From: Octopus sinensis
Taxonomy: Eukaryota
Direction of reading: 5' to 3'
DNA: 64,000 nt
Assembly (NCBI RefSeq): GCF_006345805.1
Contig: NC_042998.1
Coordinates: 179,614,001 to 179,678,000, forward strand
The position numbers were made by a program, and so were the translations under genes. The notes under the pieces are model-generated. The model had not been told where the DNA came from. It saw only the letters and a program-made list of their open reading frames with translations, and did no database searches. This document shows, in pieces, positions 1-12,999 of the stretch (the first letter of the stretch is position 1; each line of letters begins with the position of its first letter).

Positions 1-264
1 AGTCACAAAACACACATACACACATACACACACACACACTTTCTCTGACAAACACGGCTGTGGCTGCTGTGCGCGCACAAGGACGCACACAGCCACGTAG
101 TTTTTGCTTAATTAGCACGGCTATGTTCCATTTGTTTTTCATCTACTACGGTCATTCATCTGTGCACAGTATAGTACTTGCCTATTAATGTTGCGTAGTT
201 CTTTACTTTCAAAACGCATTCATCCAATCCTATACATGTATTTTATCTTTATCTTTTATCTTTT

Positions 265-335
265 AATTGTTTCAGTCATTCGACTGCGGTCATGCTGGGG
301 CACCACCTTGAGGAGTTTAGTCGAACAAATCAATC
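265..335 (-). mobile_element. Family A SINE 3' tail fragment
   Basis: TTGTTTCAGTCATTCGACTGCGGTCATGCTGGGGCACCACC matches the tails at 435-480 and 60498-60540. Confidence 0.75.
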
Positions 336-434
336 TTGATTCTCAAGCGGTGGCCGCGGTGGTGATAAGCAAAGATAACATACTAACACACACACACACG
401 CACACACATGTATATATGAGTGTTTGTGTGTACT

Positions 435-802
435 TGTTTCATTCATTTGACTGTGGCCATGCTGGAGCACCGCCTTTAGCCGAGCAAATCGACCTCAAGA
501 CTTGTAAGCCTAGTACTTATTCTATCGGTCTCTTTTGCCGAACCGCTAAGTTAAGGGGACGTAAACACACCAGCACAGGTTGTCAAGCCATGTTGGGGGG
601 GGGACAAACACACACACACAAACACACACACACACACACACACACATACATATATACGACGGGCTTTTTTCAGTTTCTGTCTACCAAATGTGTGTGGACA
701 CAAGGCTTTGGCGGCCCGAGGCTATAGTAGAAGACACTTCTACAGTGGGAGTGAACTCGGAACCATGTGGTTCGTAAGCAAGCTACTTACCACACAGCCA
801 CT
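435..802 (-). mobile_element. tRNA-derived SINE, family A
   Basis: Minus-strand head GAGTGGCTGTGTGGTAAG...GAGTTCACTCCC (A/B boxes), internal (CA)n, tail GGTGCTCCAGCATGGCCACAGTCAAATGA; similar to 60495-60895. Confidence 0.85.
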
Positions 803-864
803 CTGAAAAAATGAATGGTAAATCAAATTAGTGTAGGTAGTGGGTAGCGATTTTCTTCACTACT

Positions 865-1215
865 TCAGGGAGTGACGACCCTGCCTGACACGAGGCTCGG
901 GCTCAGCTGGCTCCGGCTGACAGTATCCAGTATAGGCCCCTATCCAGGGTTACGGAAAGGAGACAATCTTCAAATAAATCCGGAGTGGAGCCCCGTAGTC
1001 GGTTTAGTGTTCGATTTAACATTCTTCCGGCAGCTCCTGCAACCAATCTGGTGCCAAACGTCATGCTCTGCACTCCTTTGAACTACGTCAGCAAGTCGAG
1101 TTAGGAATCCTGATGATTGGGTTACCCAGGATTTTCTTACATCTAGCCCATGCCTATGCAAGACTGGAGAGGAAACTGGAGAGGACATGAAATATAAAAA
1201 CCAGACAGGATTAGT
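865..1215 (+). mobile_element. Possible RTE-clade 5'UTR-derived remnant
   Basis: GC-richer island with AAATCCGGAGTGGAGCCCC and GGCAGCTCCTGCAACCAATCTGGTGCCAAACG, resembling RTE leaders from memory; unverified. Confidence 0.35.
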
Positions 1216-2402
1216 TTATGCGCAACTCCATTGTCTCCCGAGAAAAGAGGATGCCAAAAAAAAAAAAGTCAAATTGATACATTCGTCAATGTTATCGAAT
1301 GGTTGTCTTTTGAGATGTGACATCGATCATCGCTTGTTACTAAAAGAACGCTGGTTCACACATACAAATATTCACATACTTCCCTGTACACATACACACA
1401 TATACTCACATAGAGTTGAAATGCTGTTTGATTTTTCTTCTCAGCGTTGAATGTTCACCATCCTACTTCCGTTGAACACACACACATTCACATATCTCCC
1501 TTTTACATACACATATATACTCCCAGCGTTGAAATGCTTCCACTACCAGTTTGCCATCACCCCTTCCTTATTCATCTATCACCCCTTCTTTTCTCATTCA
1601 TATGAGTGCTATTATAGTAGATAATAGGATTCTTAAAACATCGATTGCCTATGAGGGCCCAACCGACCAAAACAGAAATCAGAGGGGTCCATAGGAAAAA
1701 AAAAATTATTGAGAAACACTGCTGTAAACCAATGAAATTTTAACCCTTACACACATAAAACAGTTCAAGAGGTAAATCTTTCCCCCTTATTCTTAGAGAA
1801 TCTAACATATATCATCAAAGATAACAACGACGATGACAGTGATGATGTTGATGATGAGAGTAAGAATAACTTCGCCTTACAACAATATCAACAGTTGTAA
1901 CGATAATAAACTAATATATACACGGAAGCGCACACCAAGCGTGTGCACGTTATCATAAGAATATTTGCAATACATACGCGCACACAAGGTTTAAGCTCAC
2001 CGCCCTCTACCGCGTCGTATTGATGTATAAGCGCATGCGTATGCGTCAGCTTGTAAGTGTGCGCGTGCGCGTCAAACTGTGTGATTTGATTTCTATTCAA
2101 GCTGTCTAATTAACCGGCAAGTTACGGACAATTTCACTATTAGTAATTTGTTATATATGTATATACACCAGCATCTCTCTCTGTACCATATATATATATA
2201 CATCTAATTTAGGATAAAATTTTTCGAAAAAAATTCTATCAATGGCCAGCATATTAAAAAATACCTTTAAAGGTAAAATTTATAAACAATTTATAAGTAA
2301 GGGCAAAAGAAAAAACTTTCTAATGCCAAAATATACCGAAAATAGACACAACTTATAAATTGTTTATATATACATATATAAGTATATATATATATATATA
2401 TT

Positions 2403-2434
<32 letters not shown>

Positions 2435-2439
2435 CTCAC

Positions 2440-2940
2440 ACAAGAGTTAAGGAATGGAGTTGATAAGATCCAGCTACATATGTTTCATAGCGAGCGGAAC
2501 CTCGGAAGTGGTAAATATCCAGGTGAAGTGTATACCGCAGGCTATTCTTCAAGCCAAGGATACCTTGATTAAATGAAACTTACCACTGTCGCAAGGAGGC
2601 ACATTATGATTGAATCTTCCATACATTAACATATACCTCTTTGCGACAATGTAAACTTTCATTTAATCAAGATATCCTTGGCCTAAAGAGTAGCCTGCGA
2701 TATACATCTTACTTCGATATTTACCACTTCCGAGGTTCCGCTCGCTATGAAATATATGTAGCCCTGGTCTTATCTACATCATTCCTTAGCTCTTGTATTC
2801 TTATTTGCATACCCGGCAACCCTGGTTGCCTACCGTGAAATATATAAAGAGCATTTTTTCAATTTATCGTACTTCGGTAAGAAAAAAATCACCCACCTTC
2901 CGTCTCAATAAACCACTATTGTCCCTGAAAGTTGTTTTTT
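2440..2940. mobile_element. Penelope-like fragment pair in inverted orientation (arms 2440-2599 / 2636-2796), each with a degenerate hammerhead motif
   Basis: ~160-bp inverted arms; consensus ggc-CTGAAGA-atagc..gctat-GAAA-catat-GTA-gcc; starts at a (TA)n tract. Confidence 0.7.
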
Positions 2941-3051
2941 TTATATTCACTACGGTTTGCTTGAAGCAAATTTTGTTCATACACCTCGATCATTGGATCA
3001 TATATACGCGTGTGTGTGCGCGTGTGTAAGTACACGCACACACACAGACAG

Positions 3052-3118
<67 letters not shown>

Positions 3119-4489
3119 TACCTACAGTGCATTTGCCCATTCGGGGAAGATCACGACCTCGTCCTTGGGTGCTTTTCGTAGTCACTTCGTTGCAAGCGTT
3201 CGATCTAGGTTTTTGTTTTAAAGAAAATTTCATCAGATCCTTTCTTACCTAGTCTCGGAGGCCCTCGAAAAAAGTAAGACCGTTGCCCCCTTCTCTAAAA
3301 TATAAAAAGAAAAAGGTATTCCACCTTTCCAGACACTTTATATAGAATCATATGATTCAATGTGTATTTCTTTTTTCTTTTTCATGACGTAAGCTGTGAA
3401 ATGAGAGAAATTTGTTGAAATTTCTAGCAGGTCTAAGAACCTCAAATGAACTTCCAGGAATCTATGATATTCATTTTGCGGCGTAAATTAAAAAAAAAAA
3501 TGGTTTTAGTTGAAAATTGAACCTGTGTTGCAACATCAGCTCGCGTAGTTTTCTGTACGAGAAATTCCGGAAACTTCATTACCCAGCAGATCTCAGTACA
3601 AAGACATGGCTCCCAGGACAATAACTGAAGATATAGTGATTTAACTTTGATCGTTTGCTTTCAGTAATTGTTTTATTATTAAAAGAGATTTGTGAGATGA
3701 TATTGCAGCAATGTATCAAAGAACTTTACTAAGGTAATTACTCTACTTGTTATGTTTGTGTTATGATATTAAATTGTTGCCTGTATTTTTTGGCAGAGAA
3801 TTCAATCTACTGATTAAAGAGTTCTGAAGTGCTTTATCGATGTTTTAATGGGGTTAAAATAGTGTATGTATCCTTTACATGCAAGATAATACTTGTATCG
3901 TCGAAAGATATCTGTGAAATATATACTTCAAGGTTATGCATAGGTAGGTATTCATATAATTTACTTAATGTGTTTCTTTTTTGTTTCACTTTGAAACTGA
4001 ATACAAGTCAACTACAAAAGGGGGAAAAAACCTTTTGACGATACCAAATTATTTGTTCGAGTGCATATATGCACATATGTATGAATGTATGTATGTATGT
4101 ATGTATGTGTGTATGTATGTATGTATGTATGTATGTATGTATGTATGTATGTATGTATGTATCTGTCTATCTATCTAAATGTGCACGCATGTATTGCGTA
4201 TGCATTCACGACTTTCTGTTAGATTAAAATGTCTTCATGATTTTTCACTTAGGTTCGGTATATTCTACAGATTTCTTTTATCACTCCACTGAGTTACTGG
4301 ATGCAATAGACTGATGCACTGGCCATGAATAATATCGCCCTCATCCTCTTAACGTCACGGGAAACAAAAAAAATTATAGGTTCACCCAACGGACTTCGAA
4401 CAGTTTGGGAAAGAAAATTATATACTATATGAAATAAACATTTGCTAAAGCAAATGGTATATTGATATCTATCTATCTATCTATTTATC

Positions 4490-4528
<39 letters not shown>

Positions 4529-4536
4529 ACATACAT

Positions 4537-4578
<42 letters not shown>

Positions 4579-4811
4579 CTTTTACTCTAAGAAGCTGTGC
4601 ACCGTATTAGAATTTTCGACTCGAATCAATTATAACAAACTACTCCAAATCGTTCTTAGAATAGACACATAAGTGGATTCTAGAGCGATTAGCTTGCACT
4701 GGCATCGAATCGTATGAAACCATTTCCTATTATGCATTATGCAGACGTGAAACTTACGTATCAAATGATTTCAAACTATCACTATTTGCTTTATATATAT
4801 ATATATATATC

Positions 4812-5310
4812 CAAAATTAGGGAATGGAGTAGATAAAATCCAGGCTACATGTTTCATAGCTTGCAGAACCTCGGAAGTAGTACTTACCCAAACGAGGAGT
4901 AATGTGCTAGCTACTCGTCGGCCCAAAGGTAGCTTACTCATTTGAAATATGTCACAAACATATTCTAACTAAGCTTAATTTTGCTTAAACCTAAACACTG
5001 CAAATCAGTCAAGGTTGTTGACTGATTTTTAAATAAAGCTATTTTTTTATAAATTTGTTCAGAGTTGCCTCTTCTAAGTACATCCCATTGACAAGAGTCA
5101 ATAAAGTCGAAACATCGATGTTTGAGATTCATGATAGAAGGCGACATTGAACAAACCAGGTATTTTCACACCTTTTTACCATAAGAGATATATTTCTCCA
5201 TGGTAACTGCAGTGTATTTGCCTTTCAGCAGTTGAAATATGTCACAAACATATTTTAACTAACCTAATTTTTTGTTATGCCTAAACACTGCCTGGCGATA
5301 ACATTTTGAT
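4812..5310. mobile_element. Composite of PLE-like fragments inside (TA)n
   Basis: 4820-4935 is homologous to 2450-2570. 4942-5291 is bounded by ~60-bp direct repeats (TTGAAATATGTCACAAACATATT...CCTAAACACTGC) and encloses a degenerate hammerhead at 5083-5127. Confidence 0.65.
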
Positions 5311-5326
5311 TATATATATATATAAT

Positions 5327-5369
<43 letters not shown>

Positions 5370-5524
5370 CAATTGCAGCGTGGAAGGTATTTATAAGCCT
5401 TTTAAGAAACACACAAAAACCGTTAGATTCACTTCAACATTAAATTAAATTTAAATGTTGAAGTGAATCTAACGGTTTTTGTGTGTTTTTAAATGGCTTA
5501 TAAACACCTTCCACACTGCAATTG
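5370..5524. repeat. Fold-back inverted repeat, ~72-bp arms with ~12-nt spacer, embedded in (TA)n
   Basis: CAATTGCAGCGTGGAAGG...TTCACTTCAACATT / AATGTTGAAGTGAA...CCTTCCACACTGCAATTG. Confidence 0.93.
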
Positions 5525-6844
5525 TTTTCGTTCCAGCACACGATTTCAGATCAGGTCACTTGCTATGCAAATACATCTCTGTATATATATATATATATTA
5601 CTGTGAGAACTCGGTCGAAATGAATACTGAATTAGTATTTTCATATTAATGGCTATGACACAAGTATTCAAAAGCAGGCTACCATGGATTTCATGTCAGT
5701 AGCCAACGATGAATGTTTGTTGAAAAATTTTACATTCGATGAGGGTATTCCAGCTCAAGGCCATATGTACAATGACATACAGGGTAAAGTTGTGAAGTAG
5801 TTAAATGAGTGTTTTCCTTTAAAACCTTCTGCCTTCTATGAAGCATTATGTTTATGACTGAGCTGAAGCGTACAGACTGAACGTTATGACCATTTTATTA
5901 TTGCTGTTCAATGTTTTAGACAAATTTTTAGATCAATTTCCATTGATTTTTGTTACTTCACATAATGTCTTTATCAAACGTATAGTATAAGAGGAATGAA
6001 TCTAGTTAGATGATTTAGAATGTTATGAGAAATGATGGTAAAAAAAAACAGAAAGAAAAAAGGAATGATAATAAATGAATCGGTTCAGTGAGATTGGCGG
6101 AAACTGAACTGCTGTCATTTGGTAACATAAAGAGAGACGCCAACAAAACAAGCAACAACTTGGTGAGGCTTTCTTCAGTAGGAGAATTGACAAAGGCTGA
6201 TAACAACATAAAACACACACATATGGAACATATATATACACGCGCACACACACACACACACACACACACGTATATATTATATATATATCATCATCATATA
6301 TATATATATATAAATATATATATGCACAAAAAATACAAGCATGAGCTTACACAGTAATTTCCATGCTTCCCTTACATCTATATGACCCCTGATGGGAGTC
6401 CACACAAGCAAAATAGCAAATTGGGGTTCGGCAGTAATATTTTAAGGATCCACGAAAAAAGTGTCCCTTTGTATGTATTTATTGCAATAAACGGCTCGAT
6501 TTCTTTCTCTAACGTTTTACATAGTTCAGCTTATACAGATTAATGTGTGAAAAGCAAAGAGAAATTTTGAAAGAAGTATCTATAAAACTAGTTTTCAAAA
6601 CATCCAATGGCTATCGAGGTCCACCACAATAAAATAGGAATCAAAAGGGTCTATAGATAAAAAATGGTTGAGAATTACAGCATTACATTAATTTTTATTA
6701 CGTGAATATTTCACATGAATTTTTACACATGTCTCACAAATGGTATATTTACACATATACTATTTGATGTCCATTTCCGTTTATCATTACATTTACATAA
6801 TTTTACATGCACAATATCCCACATACGATTTCTCCATTTTTTGC

Positions 6845-6883
<39 letters not shown>

Positions 6884-7030
6884 TATACACACACATACAT
6901 CATATATACGTATATTATACATAGACATACGAATATACGTATATGTACATAGACATGCGTATATACGTATCTATACAAATAATAATATATAATATATGCA
7001 TATATACATACATATATGTACATACTTACA

Positions 7031-7129
<99 letters not shown>

Positions 7130-7641
7130 GTACAGGACATCATCAAAATAACGTTGAGAAATGAAAACATAAAAGCAAACACATAGAAACGAACTTTTTT
7201 TCGAACAAAGAAAAAACCAACAGAGAAACGAGACATGCAACATAAAGAATATTCCCCGTCTTCAGTTGTTCCTGTTTCATCTACTCCGCGCCACGAAGGC
7301 AAGGACAAGACGTGACTTCGTTGAAACAGTCCCCCCCCCCCGCAAATAAATTAAATAAAATTTGGAATTTTTTGCGGAGGGTAAAAGTAGTAACAAGAAC
7401 AGGACAGTGAGAACAAAACAGTAAAAAGAACAAGATAGTGAGAACAGGACAGTGAGAACAAAACAGTAAAAGCGAACGGTGAGGGCTGTTAAGATAAGTC
7501 GATAGAAAAATTATTATGAACGCGAGGAAGACGGGCTTATAAAGGACACAGTATAAGCACATTTTTTCTTTACAAAGGTTGTGGGCAGAAAGACAGATTA
7601 TCTTTCGTCATGTGTCAGCGACGAGAGAGTCGAGGAGGAGG

Positions 7642-7687
<46 letters not shown>

Positions 7688-8034
7688 AGAGAGAGGGGGA
7701 TGGTGAAGAGGAGAGGAGAAGAATAGGGAAGGGTGAGAGAGAAAACCAGAAAGGATGAAGAACAAGAGAGGGAGAGAGATGGACAGAGAAGAGATAGTAA
7801 AGGTAGAAGAGTGCGCATCGTAATTATTAAGATAAAACTTACTTGGAAAGGGATGCGTGGCGTTCGATCATATAATATAGATATAAATAATATATATATA
7901 TATATATATACGTATGTATATGTATATTTATATACGTATATATATATGTATATAAATATATATATATGTATATATATATATGTGTATATATATGTATATA
8001 TATGTATATATATATGTATATATGTATATATATG

Positions 8035-8084
<50 letters not shown>

Positions 8085-8099
8085 GTATATATGAATATA

Positions 8100-9870
8100 T
8101 ATATATACACATATATGTGTATGCATATATGTATTTACCTATATATATATATACCAATATTTATATACGTATATATGTATATATGAATATATATATATAC
8201 ATATAAATATATAAACATACACACATATATATTTTTATTTACATATACATATATACTTCACATATATACTTTATACATTCATACATACTTTACACTTGCA
8301 TATATACTTAGATGCACATAACAGGTACACACATACAAACACATAAAATATTCCCAAGTTGAATATGCATATTCACATATCTATTATCAAATAAATAAAC
8401 GCCACCACCATCACATACCAACACAAACAAACCAAAAAACCCCATAGATATCCATACACTCTCCTGAAATAAACTTCTGCTTACATCTGCTGACATACGA
8501 TGAAAAGAATCCCTTACAGAGACCTCATCGCCTGTATTGGAAATAACTGGTTTTGTTGACTATGAAGAACCAGAGATCGTCTTTGTGATCAGAACAATGT
8601 AAAAACGTCATTTACTTGGACACTCAAGTGAAGGACCTTTAGACTGTACATACGTGTCAGGTAGCTGTCATGTGCGGTGAGTTTTAGTTGGTATGATGTC
8701 GTAATAGGAGGTTCACTCAGATCAAGACCAGTTCAATACGCGTACAATATAAATTTCTATCTCTATTTGAAGATGGTTTGAGAAACTTCGCCCAATGTAA
8801 TGGACTTCATTTTGACAGTTTATGGTCATTAATTTTCTATTCGTATAACTGATACATACAGTATCTTACAACGACAACTTTTAGACGACACTGACACACA
8901 TACACACACATACACACACACACACACACACACTCACACATACATATGTAGATATACATATTTGTGTGTGTATATATATATATATATACACATATATGGT
9001 ATGCATATATGTATTTACCTATATATATATATACCAATATTTATATACGTATATATGTATATATGAATATATATATATACATATAAATATATAAACATAC
9101 ACACATATATATTTTTATTTACATATACATATATACTTCACATATATACTTTATACATTCATACATACTTTACACTTGCATATATACTTAGATGCACATA
9201 CAGGTACACACATACAACACATAAAATATTCCCAAGTTGAATATGCATATTCACATATCTATTATCAAATAAATAAACGCCACCACCATCACATACCAAC
9301 ACAAACAAACCAAAAAACCCCATAGATATCCATACACTCTCCTGAAATAAACTTCTGCTTACATCTGCTGACATACGATGAAAAGAATCCCTTACAGAGA
9401 CCTCATCGCCTGTATTGGAAATAACTGGTTTTGTTGACTATGAAGAACCAGAGATCGTCTTTGTGATCAGAACAATGTAAAAACGTCATTTACTTGGACA
9501 CTCAAGTGAAGGACCTTTAGACTGTACATACGTGTCAGGTAGCTGTCATGTGCGGTGAGTTTTAGTTGGTATGATGTCGTAATAGGAGGTTCACTCAGAT
9601 CAAGACCAGTTCAATACGCGTACAATATAAATTTCTATCTCTATTTGAAGATGGTTTGAGAAACTTCGCCCAATGTAATGGACTTCATTTTGACAGTTTA
9701 TGGTCATTAATTTTCTATTCGTATAACTACACATAAGTATCTTGTATAACAGACAACTTTTAGACGACACTGACACACATACACACACACATACACACAC
9801 ACACACACACTCACACATACATATGTAGATATACATATTTGTGTGTGTGTATATATATATATATATACAC
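8100..9870 (+). repeat. Near-perfect tandem duplication, period 878 bp
   Basis: ACATCTGCTGACATACG at 8483 and 9361; identical ORF starts at 8496 and 9374; breakpoints lie in TA/CA microsatellites. Confidence 0.97.
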
Positions 9871-10224
9871 ATATATATGTATATATACTGACACATATAT
9901 ATGCAAAGAGAAATTCATGTACACAAACTTCTCTCATCTTCAAATATAGATGCAGGTGCGTATGTTGTGTGTGTGTGTGTGTGCAGGAAGGGGTTGCGTA
10001 TTACTATTGTAAGTGCATTTCCTTATAATTACCCTTCTTCCACTCTATCCCCCCCCCACAAACCTATACATACATATATGTGTGTCTGTATATGTCTGTG
10101 TAGATTGATAATTATATATATATAAATAGGTACATATATATAATTATACACATACATACATGTAAATATATATATATATATATATATATAGTAAATCAAA
10201 AAAGAAGAGCAAACACAAAAGAAC

Positions 10225-10490
10225 AACAACGCGAGGACACGATACATGTACAGTATTAGCAGACGTTCAGGGAAGGAAAGAAAGTCTAACGTTTCGAGCA
10301 GACGCTCTTCTTCAGAAACAGAGGGAAGTCCAATAGAAGGAAAGACGGAGGATTTTCTTCCTCCGTCTTCCCTTCTTTTGGACTTTACTCTGTTTCCGAA
10401 GAAGAGCGTCTGTTCGAAACGTTAGACCATCTTTCTTTCCTTCCCTGAGCGTCTGCTGATACTTTACATGTACCACGTCCTCGCGTTGTT
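10225..10490. mobile_element. Fold-back pair of PLE-like terminal fragments (~130-bp arms, 6-nt spacer)
   Basis: Arms 10225-10352 and 10359-10490; same family as 56070-56230. Confidence 0.85.
10284..10319 (-). ncRNA. Minimal hammerhead ribozyme motif (intact core)
   Basis: gttt-CTGAAGA-a-gagc(gtct)gctc-GAAA-c-GTT-agac: stem I gttt/agac, stem II gagc/gctc, palindromic ACGT stem III. Confidence 0.6.
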
Positions 10491-12029
10491 TTTTTTTTTT
10501 TTTTTTTGGATTTACTATATACCATACGCTCACATGGACCCCGGCACTCTGACTGACTTTAGAGTACCTAATTCGCGGAATTCGTTCTATCATCGGATTA
10601 CATTACCTTGTTCATTCGTAATACACCATTTCTGCACCTTGATTGTGAATCATTATATATATATCATCACCAACATCATCATTTAAAATCTGTTTCCATG
10701 CTGGCATGGGTTGAACTTATATAGATAAATACAAATAAATACAAACATTTGGGTGTATACATGTTTGTGTATGCTCGCACACATATATATTAATACTATA
10801 CCAAATGGATTAATGGTTAAGGTTATACACACAAACACACACGAAGTGTGCTGTGTATTTTAACATTGTACATTTGTATTACACAGTCTAGAAACAGAAC
10901 AGTATACGTACACTGTCAGGAAAAGAATCATACATTTCTGGTTTGCTGTTTGTATAACTAGCTCTACCAGATAAACAAGGCTGTACTCTCCCTTTTCTCC
11001 CAACACACACAAACACACACACACACACATTTAGTCACTTTCTCATTTGCTTGGATTTTATTTGTTCACAACGCCGTCGAGTGTTAGACTGGAATTTGTG
11101 GACACCTGAGCTCCATAGAAACAGAAAAAGGCTCCTTCTCCTGATGTTCAGGATGACAAAGATATCTAATTTTGTTCTATCGAATGACGAAAATAAACCT
11201 TAAAACACGAGATGGGACAACAATACCAATAACAACAAGGACAGCGACAATGATAACGACAACTGCAAAATATATATATATATATCATTTCCCCAACTTT
11301 CTTATCAATCATCATGAATAATTTTCACATAGGAACGTTATCTCGGAATCTTAGAAAGATTGTGATGTTCTTAGCAATAGATATTTTAATGGGCTTATAA
11401 CCACTGAGAATTGAAAATAGTTCTATTACTTGGCATAATAACAAAGGAAAAGGAAAGAGATAAAGAAACGGGATTGGACGGGAGGTATGATGCCGGAGCA
11501 CAGAATAGAAAATTGGTATGCAATTTCAAAATATACAGCGCTATGATCGAATCCTCTTATACTCTTGAGGATGACTGAAAAACCGTTAAGTAAAATAAAA
11601 GGATAGAGTTCGGATAAACTAACTATATGTTGCGCACCATAAGTAATTCTATGAACTGATTACCGTTGGTGTCGTTTACTGAAATGTGTTTCAAGACGAT
11701 AAGTATAATCTATGGTTGTTTATATCAGCTTACATGAAAGAAACCGCCACTTGCTTAAACAATGATGATAAGAGTTCGTGCCATAAATTAGTAGCGGTAT
11801 TTGGGATAGTACTAGTGGCGGTTTGCTGCGAAAGTTAGTGGAGTTTGTTATATTTAAAGGAGGCAGGTTCCGATACTATATAATCGTTCGTAGAGTAGGT
11901 TAAGTTTCATTTCTCTACTCTAAACAGGCTCAAAGTAAATTATCACATTCTTGAGAGAAGCAATTCTTTGTACAGTTCATTTTATCCTTGAAATCTCTCT
12001 CTCTCTCTCTTTATATATATATATATATA

Positions 12030-12316
12030 TAACCGTGACCGACCAGGCTATCAGATGTTGCTACACATCGCTGGTCACAATACGCTTCGCATTGTTTTAG
12101 CATTCAAATGACGCCACCCCGCAGGCCAACAGAAGAAAGAGTGAAAGTTGTGGCGAATGAGTACAGCAGGGATCGCCACCACCTCCTGCCGAAGCCTCGT
12201 GGAGCTTTAGGTGTTTTCGCTCGATTAACACTCACAACGACCGGTCTGGGAATCAAAACCGCGATCCTACAACCGCGAGTCCGCTGCCCTAACCACTGGG
12301 CCATTGCGGCCTCCAC
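12030..12316 (-). mobile_element. Family B SINE (tail type 3)
   Basis: Same head and body; tail ...TGTGACCAGCGATGTGTAGCAACATCTGATAGCCTGGTCGGTCACGG running into (TA)n. Confidence 0.9.
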
Positions 12317-12999
12317 ACACACACACACACACACATATATATAAACAGTATCGAACACACATAAACAAAGTATGTGCTTTGCTAGTTCGTGGGTAGGGTG
12401 CGTTTATATGTCATAGACAAGCGAGATGATTCACATCAGCTCCAATTCAGGAGCGATAGACATCGATGTTCTTGCATTTTTGTGCCTTGTCAATAACGCA
12501 TACACGAAACGTGTGTGTGTGTGTGCGTGTAGTTCTTTTTCTCCCTGAGTGCCGAGGACTTAAAAATCCTCTTGTATTCTCTTCTACATTTGGAGTATTG
12601 CCATTGAAATTGATACCCAAGAATTTGGGTACTTGTTGAAGGACTTGTCGTGTCTATAATTTTTTCGGGTCCTGAATGGCCAACATATTGCTTTTATCAT
12701 TTACAGAGAGTGGGATTTGAACGCATAGTACACAAGAACGAAATAGATTCCGCAATGTATCGCATTCAGTATTCCAATATTCTGCCAACCCACGTCTCAG
12801 CTGTTTTATTTATCGACATCAAAAGGATAAAAGTAAAGGAGACCAAAGCGAGATTCGAGCCTAGAGCGTACAGAATAGGAACAAATACCTCAACGAACTC
12901 TTTCCGACGCTCTCACAACTCTGCCAATTCAACATCAAACGCACACACACCTCCCATTCTCTCTCTTTCTCACTCTCTCTCTCTCTCTCACGATATGAT

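Noticed and set aside
7733-8206. YI/HT/CV-rich ORFs here and throughout the window
   Set aside because: Translations of (TA)n, (CA)n and (CATA)n microsatellites.
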